IMG/VR virus record: IMGVR_UViG_3300045125_000085
Span: 80,007-144,006 of that record
Source of the DNA: a virus
Direction: 5' to 3' (one strand)
DNA length: 64,000 nt
Shown here: in pieces, positions 50,203-61,328 of the stretch
Position numbering within the stretch: position 1 is the stretch's first letter
Layout: each line of letters begins with the position of its first letter
Position numbers and translations under genes: made by a program
The notes under the pieces: generated by a model
Database searches by the model: none
The model's input: only the letters and a program-made list of their open reading frames with translations
What the model was told of the DNA's origin: nothing

Positions 50203-50577
50203 TTAAAAGACTAAGGAAAGCTGTAGCTGGTTAGCATCAGCGAGCATCCGTCGCTGTTCCATGATAAGGTAAGAGATGGCAGGAAAGTATTCTTGATTAG
50301 CATCGATTAAATTTGCCAGACTCCGCCCTTTAAATACAGGTGCATGGAGTAATTTTAGCGGTTCTACGATATTAGCGTCTTTGAAACGTATGGTTGCCAT
50401 ATGGAACGCCTCGATGCGCCAATAGATCTTTAGACATGGTAAAGATTTACCGTCACGCCAGCGATGCATAGCTTGACGCGATATACCTAGTAGGACAGCT
50501 AGTTGAGAGATGTTAAGGTTAAAGTAGCTACGAATTTCATCGAGCTTAATATTGATGATCCGTGTCGTGTACGCCAT
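50203..50577 (-). CDS. XRE-type HTH protein, antitoxin-like architecture
   Basis: IRSYFNLNISQLAVLLGISRQAMHRWRDG; C-terminal PVFKGRSLANLI. Confidence 0.7.
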   Translation of the reverse strand: MAYTTRIINIKLDEIRSYFNLNISQLAVLLGISRQAMHRWRDGKSLPCLKIYWRIEAFHMATIRFKDANIVEPLKLLHAPVFKGRSLANLIDANQEYFPAISYLIMEQRRMLADANQLQLSLVF

Positions 50578-50679
50578 AGGGATACTCTACGGTAAGTAAA
50601 GGTGGAAAGGAAAAGGCCCCATATGGTATCCGTATGCATGGAGATAAAAAAAGAGCACTCATAGTGAGTGATCTATAGT

Positions 50680-50826
50680 TCAGTGATCGCACACTAGGCG
50701 CAAAGCGTGCTCTTCATCGCAGTACTTCATAACGACCTTCCCGTGACGAAAGTCGACTGCTTCTTTTTGCCAGATCAAGCCTGTGTTGTTATCGAGGACA
50801 CCTTGCTCGGTTTCTACATAACGCAT
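50680..50826 (-). CDS. 48-aa internally deleted DUF1566/Lcl-like protein (not in ORF track)
   Basis: MRYVETEQGVLDNNTGLIWQKEAVDFRHGKVVMKYCDEEHALRLVCDH. Confidence 0.55.
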   Translation of the reverse strand: MRYVETEQGVLDNNTGLIWQKEAVDFRHGKVVMKYCDEEHALRLVCDH

Positions 50827-52425
50827 AATTAAACCCATGCTGAAAAGAAAAAAAGACCGCCCCTAAGGAGCGGTCTCTGTGACTAGCTTAGATACGCCAG
50901 TGATTTACCTCCACAGTCACTGTATCTATTAGACTAGTCAGACCTAGAGTATTGAGCAACATCTGACATAGTTGCTGGACTGCTTCCAGTAGTTCAGCTG
51001 ACTCATACTCGACATACTCACGATCGCCGTAGTAAGGATCCTCTACCAGTTCACGCAAAGACACTAAATTATCCGGCATGATCCTAACGTGAATGAAGCG
51101 AGAATCCTCTAGGCTCACTAACTCCTTTACTCGCTTATATGCACGGACGATAGTCTCGTCTCTATACCACTGCGGATTTGAACCCATCCATGCCCTCACA
51201 TCCAGCATGAGATTATTTAAAGGAGTAGGTGAGTGGCCAGTATACCACACGGGTGACAGTCCTTACACACTTGTCAAACACTGGCAAGCGTGCCGGCATA
51301 TCGGCGATCGTCCGCACTATCCACCGTGACACGATGATCACGTCAGCTATCTCACCCATAGCCACCAGTTTATCCAGACTGGACTGCTGAAAGACATATC
51401 CTTTCTTAATTACTGAGCGGTTTCCTATGACTCGGTCTACGGTGACGGGCTCACGGTCTATAATATGAACCACGGATCCACCGCCATTTCACTAGACATA
51501 TCGAGAGTGGCTACAGTCCCGTCTGAAAAGACAAAGATTCAAGTTAGCCCTTGCATTCGTAAGCTGTAATTCGGTACGGGCCAAGCACATCACACGAGTG
51601 CCGTCTCTCAAAGTGATGACGGGGGCAGTTTTACCAGACATGGTATTACCTCTTCCTGCGATTAAAAGAGAGAGCTCGGTTAAGAACTCCCGTTAAGAAC
51701 TCTCGATGATTCACCAGCTGCAATTACACGCTACAGCAGTGAGATGACTCAGGCAGCGAGTGCTGCCTTCAAGTCCGCCAAGCTGACAGTTTTCCCTTTA
51801 CCGAGCACGGCCTTGGCTGCCGATACTTCGTTGAGCCGACTCCTTGGCTTCACTGTTCCGCTGCCTCAGCAGCTTCGCGTGCCTGGATTTCCTTTTCCAG
51901 GCTGACCTTTACAGCGGCTTCTTCTTCCTGAATCGCAGCCAATTCCTTTTGCGCCGCGAACAATTGAGCCAGCGTATCCTCGCTAGCTGAGAACTTAGAC
52001 TCCTCGGCATCCAGCCGAGATGCCGTGTCCTTGAACTCCGCCCTTGATCCAGGTAACTATCATGCTCATCCGTGATCTGGTCGATCAATTCCTTTGGCTG
52101 GATACGCCGCCTTACTTCCTGTAAGGTGGCCTCCCATGTCTGGGTGGGGAACCATTTGCCGTTACCCCAGTCCTGACTCCATGTCAGGACGTCATAACCT
52201 GGAGCCAGCTCCACCGTCCAGGTGGTGTGGCTCCATTTGCCTCTCTTGCTATAGCTCTCATCCAACACCCGCAATACTGGCGGTATGGATACCCTGATGA
52301 ACGGGAGTATGCCCTGCCCTGGGCACAGTATGTAATTCCGATGGTGTCGGCCACGGTGGCCCATTTGGTTGTTCAGGCGGTGGTCTTTACTTCGCTCATG
52401 ATACACCTCTTTAGTGTAAGAAATA

Positions 52426-52453
52426 CCCTACGCATCGAGCTAGATACGTAGGG
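52426..52453 (-). promoter_or_regulatory. pre-RBS hairpin 2 variant
   Basis: CCCTACGTAT-CTAGCTCG-ATGCGTAGGG upstream of GAGG. Confidence 0.55.
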
Positions 52454-52702
52454 CGGGAGGTGGTCAGTGGCTGCGTAGAATCATCGAAGATGATGTGCCG
52501 CAGTCGGGATGGCCGCTGCCACCACAGTAGCCTCCGACCTGGAGGCAGGTCGGGCAGCCGTCTTCCGTGACCAGTGCCATCCTTGGCTTTACCATCGGCC
52601 TTCTGGCCAGGGCAGCGACACTGCCCTTGATGGGGTTGAGATGTCGATATTTCGACGCGTGCGGTGATAGCGCTCATGATTACCTCCAAAGGTAAGAGTG
52701 GA

Positions 52703-52726
52703 CTCTAGGCCCGAGCAGACCTAGAG
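52703..52726 (-). promoter_or_regulatory. pre-RBS hairpin 2 (no own promoter)
   Basis: CTCTAGG-TCTGCTCGGG-CCTAGAG upstream of GGAGG. Confidence 0.8.
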
Positions 52727-53052
52727 CCAAGAAAAGTTTAATCCCGTTGTTCCTTACGGTAGCTAGGCATCCAGCCATTTGTTTACTTCCGTATATACTT
52801 CTCCTTCTGTCATGTGGGCTTCCATGCACGGTCTCCAGTTTTGCTGGAGGTTGGGGGAGAACATCTTCTCCTCGTTATGCAGAGGTACCTCTGTACCTCT
52901 TCATTCAGCTCGAATGTCCATAACTCAATGCCTCCTCCGAGGCGTTTCTCATTACTCCGTCTATTAAATACCCATATGTCAATAGACGTAGGTGCATCTA
53001 CGTCTGAAGAGGAAGAGAATGAAGTATATTGGCCGATGATTGCGTAGCACAT

Positions 53053-53180
53053 GGTAACCTCCTAGGGTTAAATGAGTATAGATAGCTGTGTGACTTTCTA
53101 TACTAGAAAAAGTGAGTAATCTAGCCACCAGTAGGCTAAGATCATAGTAAGTATGTATAGCTATATATCTTTTCAATCCA
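53053..53180 (-). promoter_or_regulatory. early promoter plus two-hairpin leader
   Basis: TACATACTTAC; hairpin 1 at 53118-53144 nearly identical to 1529-1556; second hairpin at 53075-53104. Confidence 0.8.
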
Positions 53181-53281
53181 AGTTAAGTCGAGCATATAGG
53201 CTAGTGCTTTCACACTCAGCCTATTGCTAAGTTATTCTAGTAGACCCCTAGGCCGTACATTAGTAGGCCCGGTAGAGTGCC

Positions 53282-53671
53282 TTAATAGGCCCAATTATGG
53301 ATATCTATGACCTTCTGATCAGCAGGAGCACGCACCGTCTCACGGGTCACAGTAAAGGCTACACAGTTTACAAAATCATCCCGTACACCTTGCTCTCTCA
53401 ATGCCGTCAGTATAGGAAACGGCAAGATCACTATGTCGGCACTATCGGCCAGTTCTTGCAGAAAAGCGATCTGATCATCCGACATCTGCATACGAGTCTC
53501 ATTGATATGCATGCCATTGACTACAGCTACTTTTCTAAACTTACGATATAGCGTCAACTTCTCTAGGACTTCTTTATCCTGGCCCTCAGACACCGTACCG
53601 TCGTTAAAGCGTAACGGCTGAGTCGTCAAAGTAATGACACGGCTACCATTATTCAGCAAATGAATTTTCAT
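53282..53671 (-). CDS. hypothetical protein
   Basis: Intact ORF. Confidence 0.6.
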   Translation of the reverse strand: MKIHLLNNGSRVITLTTQPLRFNDGTVSEGQDKEVLEKLTLYRKFRKVAVVNGMHINETRMQMSDDQIAFLQELADSADIVILPFPILTALREQGVRDDFVNCVAFTVTRETVRAPADQKVIDIHNWAY

Positions 53672-53879
53672 GCGATACACACTCGTTTTATTAAAAAGAA
53701 AAAAGGACTGGAGCGCTAGCTAGGACTCCATACGAGTATCGCTTTATTTTCTTTATTTATAGTATGGATTTTCGTACGATGTGCTCAGCATGGTAGCAGT
53801 ACTTATAACAGACTGCTGCATGGTTAGCTGCAATGGTTGATGTATGAGCACTCGTAATGAAGTCTTCCAAAAGCAAAGG

Positions 53880-53919
53880 CATAGCCCCCTAGGCGCAATA
53901 GCTCGCCTAGGGGGCTATG
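53880..53919. repeat. CATA...TATG 40-bp palindrome with different arms
   Basis: catagccccctaggcg...cgcctagggggctatg. Confidence 0.85.
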
Positions 53920-53923
53920 TCGC

Positions 53924-54148
53924 CTATGCATTCGTTACAGTACCGAGACTGACTGTAGTCGGAGCCATCAGGTCATTACTAGAGATATTGAGACTATCAG
54001 TATTACTAGCAGTACCTACAGCAGTATTATCATTACCTGTCACGAACAGATTAAAGTGCACACCATCCGGAGATGCTACGAAGTACATCGTATCAGGATC
54101 GAGCTGATCCGGGAGTTGGTTAACGCGTTCCATTTTTAAGAAGCTCAT
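53924..54148 (-). CDS. small protein similar to the N-terminus of 24742-25143
   Basis: ERVNQLPDQLDPDTMYFV versus HRVNRLPAQCEPSAIYFL. Confidence 0.6.
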   Translation of the reverse strand: MSFLKMERVNQLPDQLDPDTMYFVASPDGVHFNLFVTGNDNTAVGTASNTDSLNISSNDLMAPTTVSLGTVTNA

Positions 54149-54161
54149 AGTAGCTTAGACC

Positions 54162-54353
54162 TCATTTGAAAAAACAATGATACCAGAATAGCCAGAGTCG
54201 CTCAAAGCCATCTTCACAGTACCAGATATAGATTTGATAGTAGATATACCGACCGATGATACAGCTGATTATAGCCAGCACTATCAGAAGTAAAAACTCT
54301 ATGCCCTCTAACCAAATAGGCAGTGAGTCTTTATGATCGTGGATATTAGGCAT
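54162..54353 (-). CDS. small membrane protein
   Basis: TM IEFLLLIVLAIISCIIG. Confidence 0.5.
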   Translation of the reverse strand: MPNIHDHKDSLPIWLEGIEFLLLIVLAIISCIIGRYIYYQIYIWYCEDGFERLWLFWYHCFFK

Positions 54354-54354
54354 C

Positions 54355-55522
54355 TTAACTCACCACAGCTTCACTGAAGCTGATCGTGGCGTCTACGATA
54401 TCGCGGTAGAGTTTAAAGATGATTTTGAAATAAACAAAGCCTGCTGTCTGTGTAGCTAGATAGAGCAACCAGCTAAAGCGAGGCATAGTCTGGTATAGCT
54501 TAGGCATGTAGCGCAAATAATGTTCCATGCTATTCAAATACTCACCCATGGTGCGTAATATAGTCTCTATGTCGCTTTTCAATATACGCTCAAATACTAA
54601 TGGCGATTTATCAAAACTAGTGAGCTTAGTGTCAGTGATCTCGATTGCAGTTATTATCCAGATACAGCTTATCTCTAATAGAAGATTCAGGCAGGTTGAA
54701 GTTAAAGATAATGCCTTGGCCAGTAGGATAATAGACTGACTCTATCGTAATAGCGACTTTATCTTTCTTTACAGTTTTGCTAAACTCCCAGTTACCCGGC
54801 GTAAAAGGGTTACTGTGCTTATCAGCGTTGCTTTCGATCTCATCCACGATCTCAGCTAAGATCTTATCAAACCGATCATCAGACTCAGCTGTACTGATAG
54901 TCAAGAAATAATTAAGCATACCGCCACAGTTCGTACTAATGTCTTCATTAGCTCTCATGATAGCGCTGATGAAGTCTTTAATAGTGTCTACTCGGTTCTT
55001 AGTCGTAATGCCTTTGTAGCTAGTGTGGAATAATACCGGATCAGCTACCTTGATATTATCGAAACTATCCACTGGTGATGATCGCAGTTGTTTTAAAATA
55101 GCATCTATTTGCTTTTAGAAACCTTGGATGCCGCCATTGACTTCATTTTGCCAGCTTAGAAACTCCTCATGTAGTTTACCGAAGGCTTTTTTAAAGTCGG
55201 CTTCATTCTTACCTATTTGAATACCGAGCTTCATCAGCATGGAGTCGATGCCTTCTAAACTCGGTACGACTGAATCAGGTCGACAGGCGGTACCGGCGAC
55301 AGCCATGTTCGCTGCTATCCGGCATAATGTGCGGACTTCTGGGTTGTTTAAGCTTTCCTGACTGATAGATGCCTGTATCGCTTTCTGTTGTTCGATGATG
55401 AAGCCAGATCGCTTAATATCGGCTGTTAAATTTTCAATACGTTGCTCAGCCTCTAATGCAGCTACCCAGTGTGAGAGTGGGCTAGCTATCTGTAAGGCTG
55501 GCGTACGACGTGCTCGACGCAT
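54355..55522 (-). CDS. internal head protein, phiKZ inner-body-like family (frameshifted)
   Basis: MRRARR...ALEAE...SQES...IAANMAVAGT...VVPSLEG propeptide pattern; ORFs 55115-, 54632- and 54355-. Confidence 0.55.
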
Positions 55523-55604
55523 AGGTGTATCCTCAAAGGTGGGTAGATGTATCAAAAGCATTTGAAAAAAAAAGCAAGCGATCCAGAGCCCCGAAGGACT
55601 CTGA

Positions 55605-56397
55605 AGGCTCACTCTCTGGAGTGCTAGATCTCGGGTTGGGCACTCAATAGGGCTTCCTTGTCCAGGCCCGTGGACCTGCAGATGTTCCGACTTGTCGCAG
55701 CGAGCACCCTGCCCAGTTTCCGCACACATCCAGATTACCTTCCAGATAACCTTACCACAAAACCCGGCCAAGGAATTTCACCTTAGCCATATCGAGACAG
55801 ACCTTTTCCAGCTTCTAACACGCGGACGTTGCTCCTGCCAGACACCTCCAAGGATGCCGGTTGATCTCCGAAAACCCACCGAGCGAAGATAGGTAGAGCT
55901 GAGAAAATACCGATAAATTAGCTAGGGCGTCCGTGCCCCCTGAAAGCTCCGCCAGCCCCTATCTCTTTATCCAAAGCAGGCTGATTCCCTCAATCCCTTT
56001 CTGGGAAGGGGTCCTCGGGGGTGCCAATCTTGCAAGGCTCTTTACTCTCCGATACTGCTTCCCCACATACTTTCCATCCTTGCTGCACCGTATAGGCAGC
56101 TTTCTCCATATTCCCTCGTTTATCCAGCCGTACTCCGGCAGGATTTCTTCGGGTGCGGCTAATCGCCACTCCGAGGACTCCAAACCTTCTACCGGAGTAT
56201 CAAAATCCACAGGTCCTACCTTCCCTGTTATCTAAAGCATCCTTGTCCTTCCTTCGTCTAGCCATTTTAACGAGCCGTACCACTTAGGCTCGTACTTTGG
56301 CCTGCAGCCGTAGCCGCTGCCATCGACTAGCCCATACTCCCATCCTTGGAATCTGGTGGTATTCAATATTTCCTCTAATGTTAAAACTGTGCGTCAT
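55605..56397 (-). CDS. early hypothetical protein(s) (frameshifted)
   Basis: GGAGG-ATG (MTHSFNIRG) near 56397; terminator with UUCG loop at about 55585-55603. Confidence 0.45.
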
Positions 56398-56423
56398 AGT
56401 CACCTCCTATTTAGGTGCTGACC

Positions 56424-57001
56424 TCATGCCCGAGCAGCAGCGGTATTGAAAAGTTGATTGATATACACCCTACAACCGCCTTCCATGTAGTACGGCTTAC
56501 TGGCCTTCCTTGACGCATAAGCATCCGATACCGGATTACCCCCAAACCAACTAACCGTGACTTCTCTGTAAAGCAGTTGGAATATCCTTGGCCATAACTG
56601 AAAATATACGTTCAGCACGACAGTCGGCCATAACTCCACAGGTTGTCTAATGGCCGACCCCCACCAACACCTGAGTATCGCCGTGATCGCATCCTTGGTC
56701 GATACCCCGTTCTCAACAGAGTATAGATCTGCCATACATTCCCTTACCGACGGCAGTAATCTCTCCAATCCCTGCGGCTTCTCTCCATGGTGACCGAGCA
56801 ACTTATGCCCGATCTCGTGGAGAATAACGAATCTAAACTGCTCTTCCGTGAGTCTTTCTAAAGCCTCGCGTGAATTGTCACGCTGCCGTCTGAATTAAGG
56901 GCACCCCCTCCGCTTTCCTTAATGAAATCAATATCGTCCGTGACCGTAACATTGAGGTTAAGCATATTTACCAGTGATGCCAATACTTGAACATTGCTCA
57001 T
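56424..57001 (-). CDS. early M48-like zinc metallopeptidase (frameshifted)
   Basis: LTEEQFRFVILHEIGHKLLGH...RECMADLYS gives HExxH plus a downstream E..AD. Confidence 0.7.
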
Positions 57002-57130
57002 AATACACCTCCAAAGGGCATATGTTAACTCTACCAACTTGAGCAGTCTGGTAGAATAGAAAAAGGTTTACGATCTCAGCAGTAGGCTAAGATCATAAGT
57101 AGTATGTAGTGCTGTAAAAAACTCCAATGT
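57002..57130 (-). promoter_or_regulatory. early promoter plus two-hairpin leader
   Basis: TACATACTAC; hairpin 1 at 57071-57095; hairpin 2 TTCTACCAG-ACTGCTCAAG-TTGGTAGAG at 57029-57056. Confidence 0.85.
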
Positions 57131-57140
57131 AAGCAAAAAG

Positions 57141-57181
57141 CATAAGAGCCCAGAGAGCACGATGGCTCTCTGGGCTATATG
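57141..57181. repeat. CATA...TATG palindrome
   Basis: cataagagcccagagagc-acgatg-gctctctgggctatatg. Confidence 0.85.
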
Positions 57182-57219
57182 ATCGATTAGCTTATGCTGC
57201 CATCTCCAGCTCAAAGTGA

Positions 57220-57694
57220 TCAGACTGGTTCGTTTTCTTTACGTGCATTCCTTCGCTGTCTACGTAGCTGGTTCATGTACGTAGTGATCCTTTTCATGGG
57301 CGACTTTAGACTGCGATCCTGCAGTACTTCCCTAGGGATAATACCCCAGTGAGTGTAGTCTGGCTCACCATCGATCTCCCTGACTTGGATCGATACGCCG
57401 ATATCACTGACCTCCGCCACGACATCATTGTCGTAAAACGCGGAAGTACATAGTACCTATCTCCACTAGCAGATGACTGCTGTCATAGAGTCTTCTTTTA
57501 TTGAGCTGAAATCTTTGGTAGATTAGTCTACCGATAGGGATCAGCACATCCCACTTAAAGTGATATTGAAAGAAGTTCCTTTCTACTACGAGCCCTTCAG
57601 GACTCAGATGAAAGTGCATTCCGTCGCAATCGAACTCTAAGTCCCTGAGTATAAACTCCTTAGTTTCTACTGCATTGATTTCTTGGTTTGACAT
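57220..57694 (-). CDS. hypothetical protein (frameshifted)
   Basis: ORFs 57425-57694 and 57220-57420. Confidence 0.5.
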
Positions 57695-58067
57695 GACTGC
57701 TATGCTCCGCTATTATTACGGTTTAAGGAAAAGCTAGATACTTACAAAGGAAAGCTGTGAGTATCTAATACGTTACCATGAGCATCCAGCCTTTGGATGA
57801 TCAGACTATTTGCACTATACTCATTCCGCCATCTAGCATCTCTAATGAGATCAGTGATGACGTCACGATTGCGCTCGAAGCAGGCTTTATACTTCAGTCG
57901 TTCTTTAACGACGTTGGCGACTAAAGCACTGTCTTCTCTGCTTTAAAGAGTATCTGGACATAAACTACCTCATGGTAAAAAGGTGCTACGCTCATTCGGT
58001 AGCATTAAAAGTATATGCACTTGTAATTAAATGCATTCCATACTAACATAGCGTAAAAAATATCCAG

Positions 58068-58105
58068 CATATAGCCCTGAGAGCACGATGGCTCTCAGGG
58101 CTATG
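58068..58105. repeat. CATA...TATG palindrome after the capsid gene
   Basis: catatagccctgagagc-acgatg-gctctcagggctatg. Confidence 0.85.
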
Positions 58106-58159
58106 TGGCGGCTAGCCTAGATTACTAGTAGTCTTACGGCACTACGTGGTAGACGTGGC

Positions 58160-60344
58160 TTAAGGTACCACGTGGTTATTCACAGACAGCGGTACCTTGT
58201 TGAGTACATCAGGTACATTTTCTACCGTCAGTACAGCCATGATAGGCAGATGACTCACGTGCAGGAAGCGCGGACTGACCGCGATTTCACGAGAGATCTG
58301 ACCGTCACGTGAGATCGGCAGTACCAGAGTCAGTTCAGGACTCCACGCCATGTTACCGAAGTTCAACGGATTCGGCTCTACGTTACGGTTTTCATCGAAT
58401 ACGCCAAAGGTAATGAAGATCTTACCTGAGACGCGATGATCCAGCGTAGATACGATACGTACGTCGAACTGACCACCCAGCGTACGCAGATCGCCAGTCA
58501 CCGTCAGGTAACGAGCCAGTACCGGATCAGTACCGATGATGACGGTGGGTACCGGAGAGATACCGCCATTCAGAGCATCAGCTGCCGCTTTGTATTCAGA
58601 ATCCCGATACAGGCGATAGGCATGGTCACGGATCTTATTGATGATAGCGTTCTGCAGATCTTCTACACGGCTGGTCGAAGTCAATGAATCGACGATGGCA
58701 GACATGTCCAAGAGTTTCTTCAGAGAACTTAGGCAGCACGTAGAAGCGACCTACACCGAGTACGTCCGGCGGAGTGTTGTTGCCATCTCTAGCGTCGATA
58801 TAAGTACGCAGGATGTTAGCGGTATTGATCAGAGCGCCTACAGCCATATTCGAGGTACGAATACGAGTAGCGGTAATCAAGCTAGCCAGATCACCAGCAT
58901 CCGACTGACCGTCCATAGTCATGGGGTGGATAGCCGTAATCGGCGAACGCATCTGCACGTTGTACAACTGAGTGTAGTACGTGGTGTCGATCAGCTGACC
59001 GCGTTGACGACGGTTGATGTTGGTACGATAGGCTTGGAGTTCATAACCTATCACTTTACCACCGTTAGCAAACAGATCAGCCAGAGTCTTGCCTACGCCA
59101 GACTTCAGATCCAACTGGTTGCCAGCAGCATCAGAGACGCTGTGGATAGATACGTCATTGCCATAGACTGCGCAATCACCGAGTTCGATGTTGACTTGGC
59201 CAGACAGTACCAGCTTCAGACGTACGATCAGGTCGCCAGACTTGACGCCACCCAGAGCAGCCAGAGCACTACCGTCGAAGTTCTTAGTATCTTTGTTCAC
59301 CAGCACCGAAGTGGTAGAGAAGTTCAGATACATAATGCGATAGTTGTTTTGCTGTGCGTAAGCAAAAGTAGCCAGCGGCAGTTCATTCGTCATGAACTTC
59401 AGCACGTCAGTATGACCAGCGCCATCATCGACAGATACATACACGGTCGACAGGCGGATAGCCGGATCGATCGAGTCAGTAATGTCCATCAGACCTGAGG
59501 CCAGCAGAGTATCAGTCTGGCTGATACCCAGCAGTGACAGCGACTTACCTACTGCCAGAGGAGCAGTCGGAATGGTTTCGCCTTCCAGGTTCAGGTTATA
59601 AGGAGCTACCAGAGCGCTGTCTACAAACATCGCTTCAGATTCCGGACGATGTACCGGGATCAAGCGAGTCATTTCGTTCTTCAACAGAGTGTAGTCTGCG
59701 ATAGCACGAATGATGTTTTTCTTGTTGTAGTTATCCAGCGCACCAGAGATCTGACGATGCAGACCATTGTACACCATCATTAAACGGACAGTCACGCCGA
59801 AGCCGACGTTATCCGGAGTCACTACGATGGTGGGGAAGAAGGTTTCGCCAAATTCGTCCTGACGAGCCGCTTGCATGTTGTAAGCGATCGAGTAGACGGC
59901 AGCGTTACGGTTTTCCCGTTCGTCATAAGCTTCAAATGAAGGACGGACACCGACTACGTCATCCATGCCTAATCCAGTCATATTGACGATAGACATGTTT
60001 TCAGCAGCGATAGCAGGCATCTTCAGCCTTATGTGACAGGAACTGACGTACGTCACCTGCTAACAGACCTGCTGCAGTAGCTGCATCTTTCTGAGCCTGA
60101 GTCATTTCACCGCGCATACCGAGTTGGTCTGCGATTTGTTCTACGGCGATAGACAGACCTTCAGCTGCAGTGTTCAGCATATCTACTTGGTCGCTACGGA
60201 TAGATTCCATCGCCAGCGCAGCTGCTGGTTACAGCCGGGTTAGCATACTGATGGGTATCCAGGGATCTGACGCAGTGACTGCACTACCGTCTGCAACGGA
60301 GTCGGTGCACTGTGTCCTTGCAATTTCTTTTGGAAAAAAGACAT
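58160..60344 (-). CDS. major capsid protein (phiKZ gp120-like; frameshifted)
   Basis: SFEAYDE...SIAYN..AARQDEFGETFFPTIVVTPD, AYRTNINRRQRGQL, VIIGTDP, PRFLH..HLP; adjacent to DnaB as in phiKZ. Confidence 0.9.
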
Positions 60345-60379
60345 GTGTAGTCCTCGTAAGTTATAAAAGAGAAGAGTAG

Positions 60380-61048
60380 TGTGCTACATAGAGTATGAAC
60401 ACATATGGCCGTGAGTGGGTCGTGATGGATACCCTGCAGGCTATTTAAAGCTAATGTCAGGTAATCTATAAATACCGGCGTATGACAGACGTCACCCACT
60501 GGTACGAAGCCGTAGAGCGCTTTCAGGTAATCCGAGACGAAGCGGAGTGCGTACGTCCTATCCTGAAGCGCGTTCAGTATGCCCGGTTTAATATGAAGAT
60601 AGTATTGACGCGTAGGCGCCAATTCAAAATGGTAGTATTCTTCGCCATCGTCGATGTCAGCTAGTACTTTAGCACTGCCGTCACCGCTGTTAGTGCTCAT
60701 GAGTTGAGCACGCGCTTCATTCTTAATAGCTTCAGTCATAGCCGCAGGACTGATGACGGTGCAGTATTCTACATCTTTATAGGCTTCACTACCGCCGACC
60801 TGACCAGCCATGCCCCAGCCATCACTCATACGCTGCGTATTCGCTAAGTATGGGCCGAAGAAGTTAATGCGTTGAAGAGCAGTCAACATGATTAAGTCAT
60901 TGACCGATAGGATTTTGCGTAAAGCCTTGTAATCACTAATGGTGTTCGTAGGGACTTTAGCTAAACGAAATGCCTCTCTTAACCAGCTAGGTATGACATA
61001 GCCGCGCGGCATAAAGCTCGCCTGCATACATCTCCATGTAAGTAGCAT
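60380..61048 (-). CDS. phiKZ gp119-like protein upstream of the capsid gene
   Basis: Position and ORF 60284-61048; the C-terminus is probably extended by an indel. Confidence 0.55.
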
Positions 61049-61328
61049 ACGGTGCTTTTAAGAAAGGGTTGTAAATCTGCATACGCCCCGACGGACCTTT
61101 ATCGAGATACGTCGCCTGTGAGTCATGATAGGCCATAAGTGGCGACCTCCATAGGGTCGTTCCGGTGAAAATGAGGAAAAGATAGAGTATGAGTCTATAC
61201 GATACATCCTCTGTAGAGCCTCAATCTACCGCACTCTCAGTACGATAGATAAGAAAAATTCAGGCTACTCGTTACATGGAATGACCCTTTACTCCACGAC
61301 CTTTATTATCGATTTAGAGATTCGCCCG

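Larger units (their letters stand above)
50888..53052 (-). other. early operon of several GC-richer hypothetical genes (frameshifted)
   Basis: ATGs behind GAGG/GGAGG at 53052, about 52678, 52399 and 51641; terminator at about 50845-50876. Confidence 0.55.

Noticed and set aside
58436-59498. Long + strand ORFs opposite the capsid gene and other antisense ORFs
   Set aside because: Shadow ORFs caused by codon bias of the real gene; no RBS or recognisable motifs.
61050-61328. Divergent gap between gp119-like and dnaB as replication origin
   Set aside because: No iterons or AT-rich unwinding element visible; it is adequately explained as a divergent promoter region.
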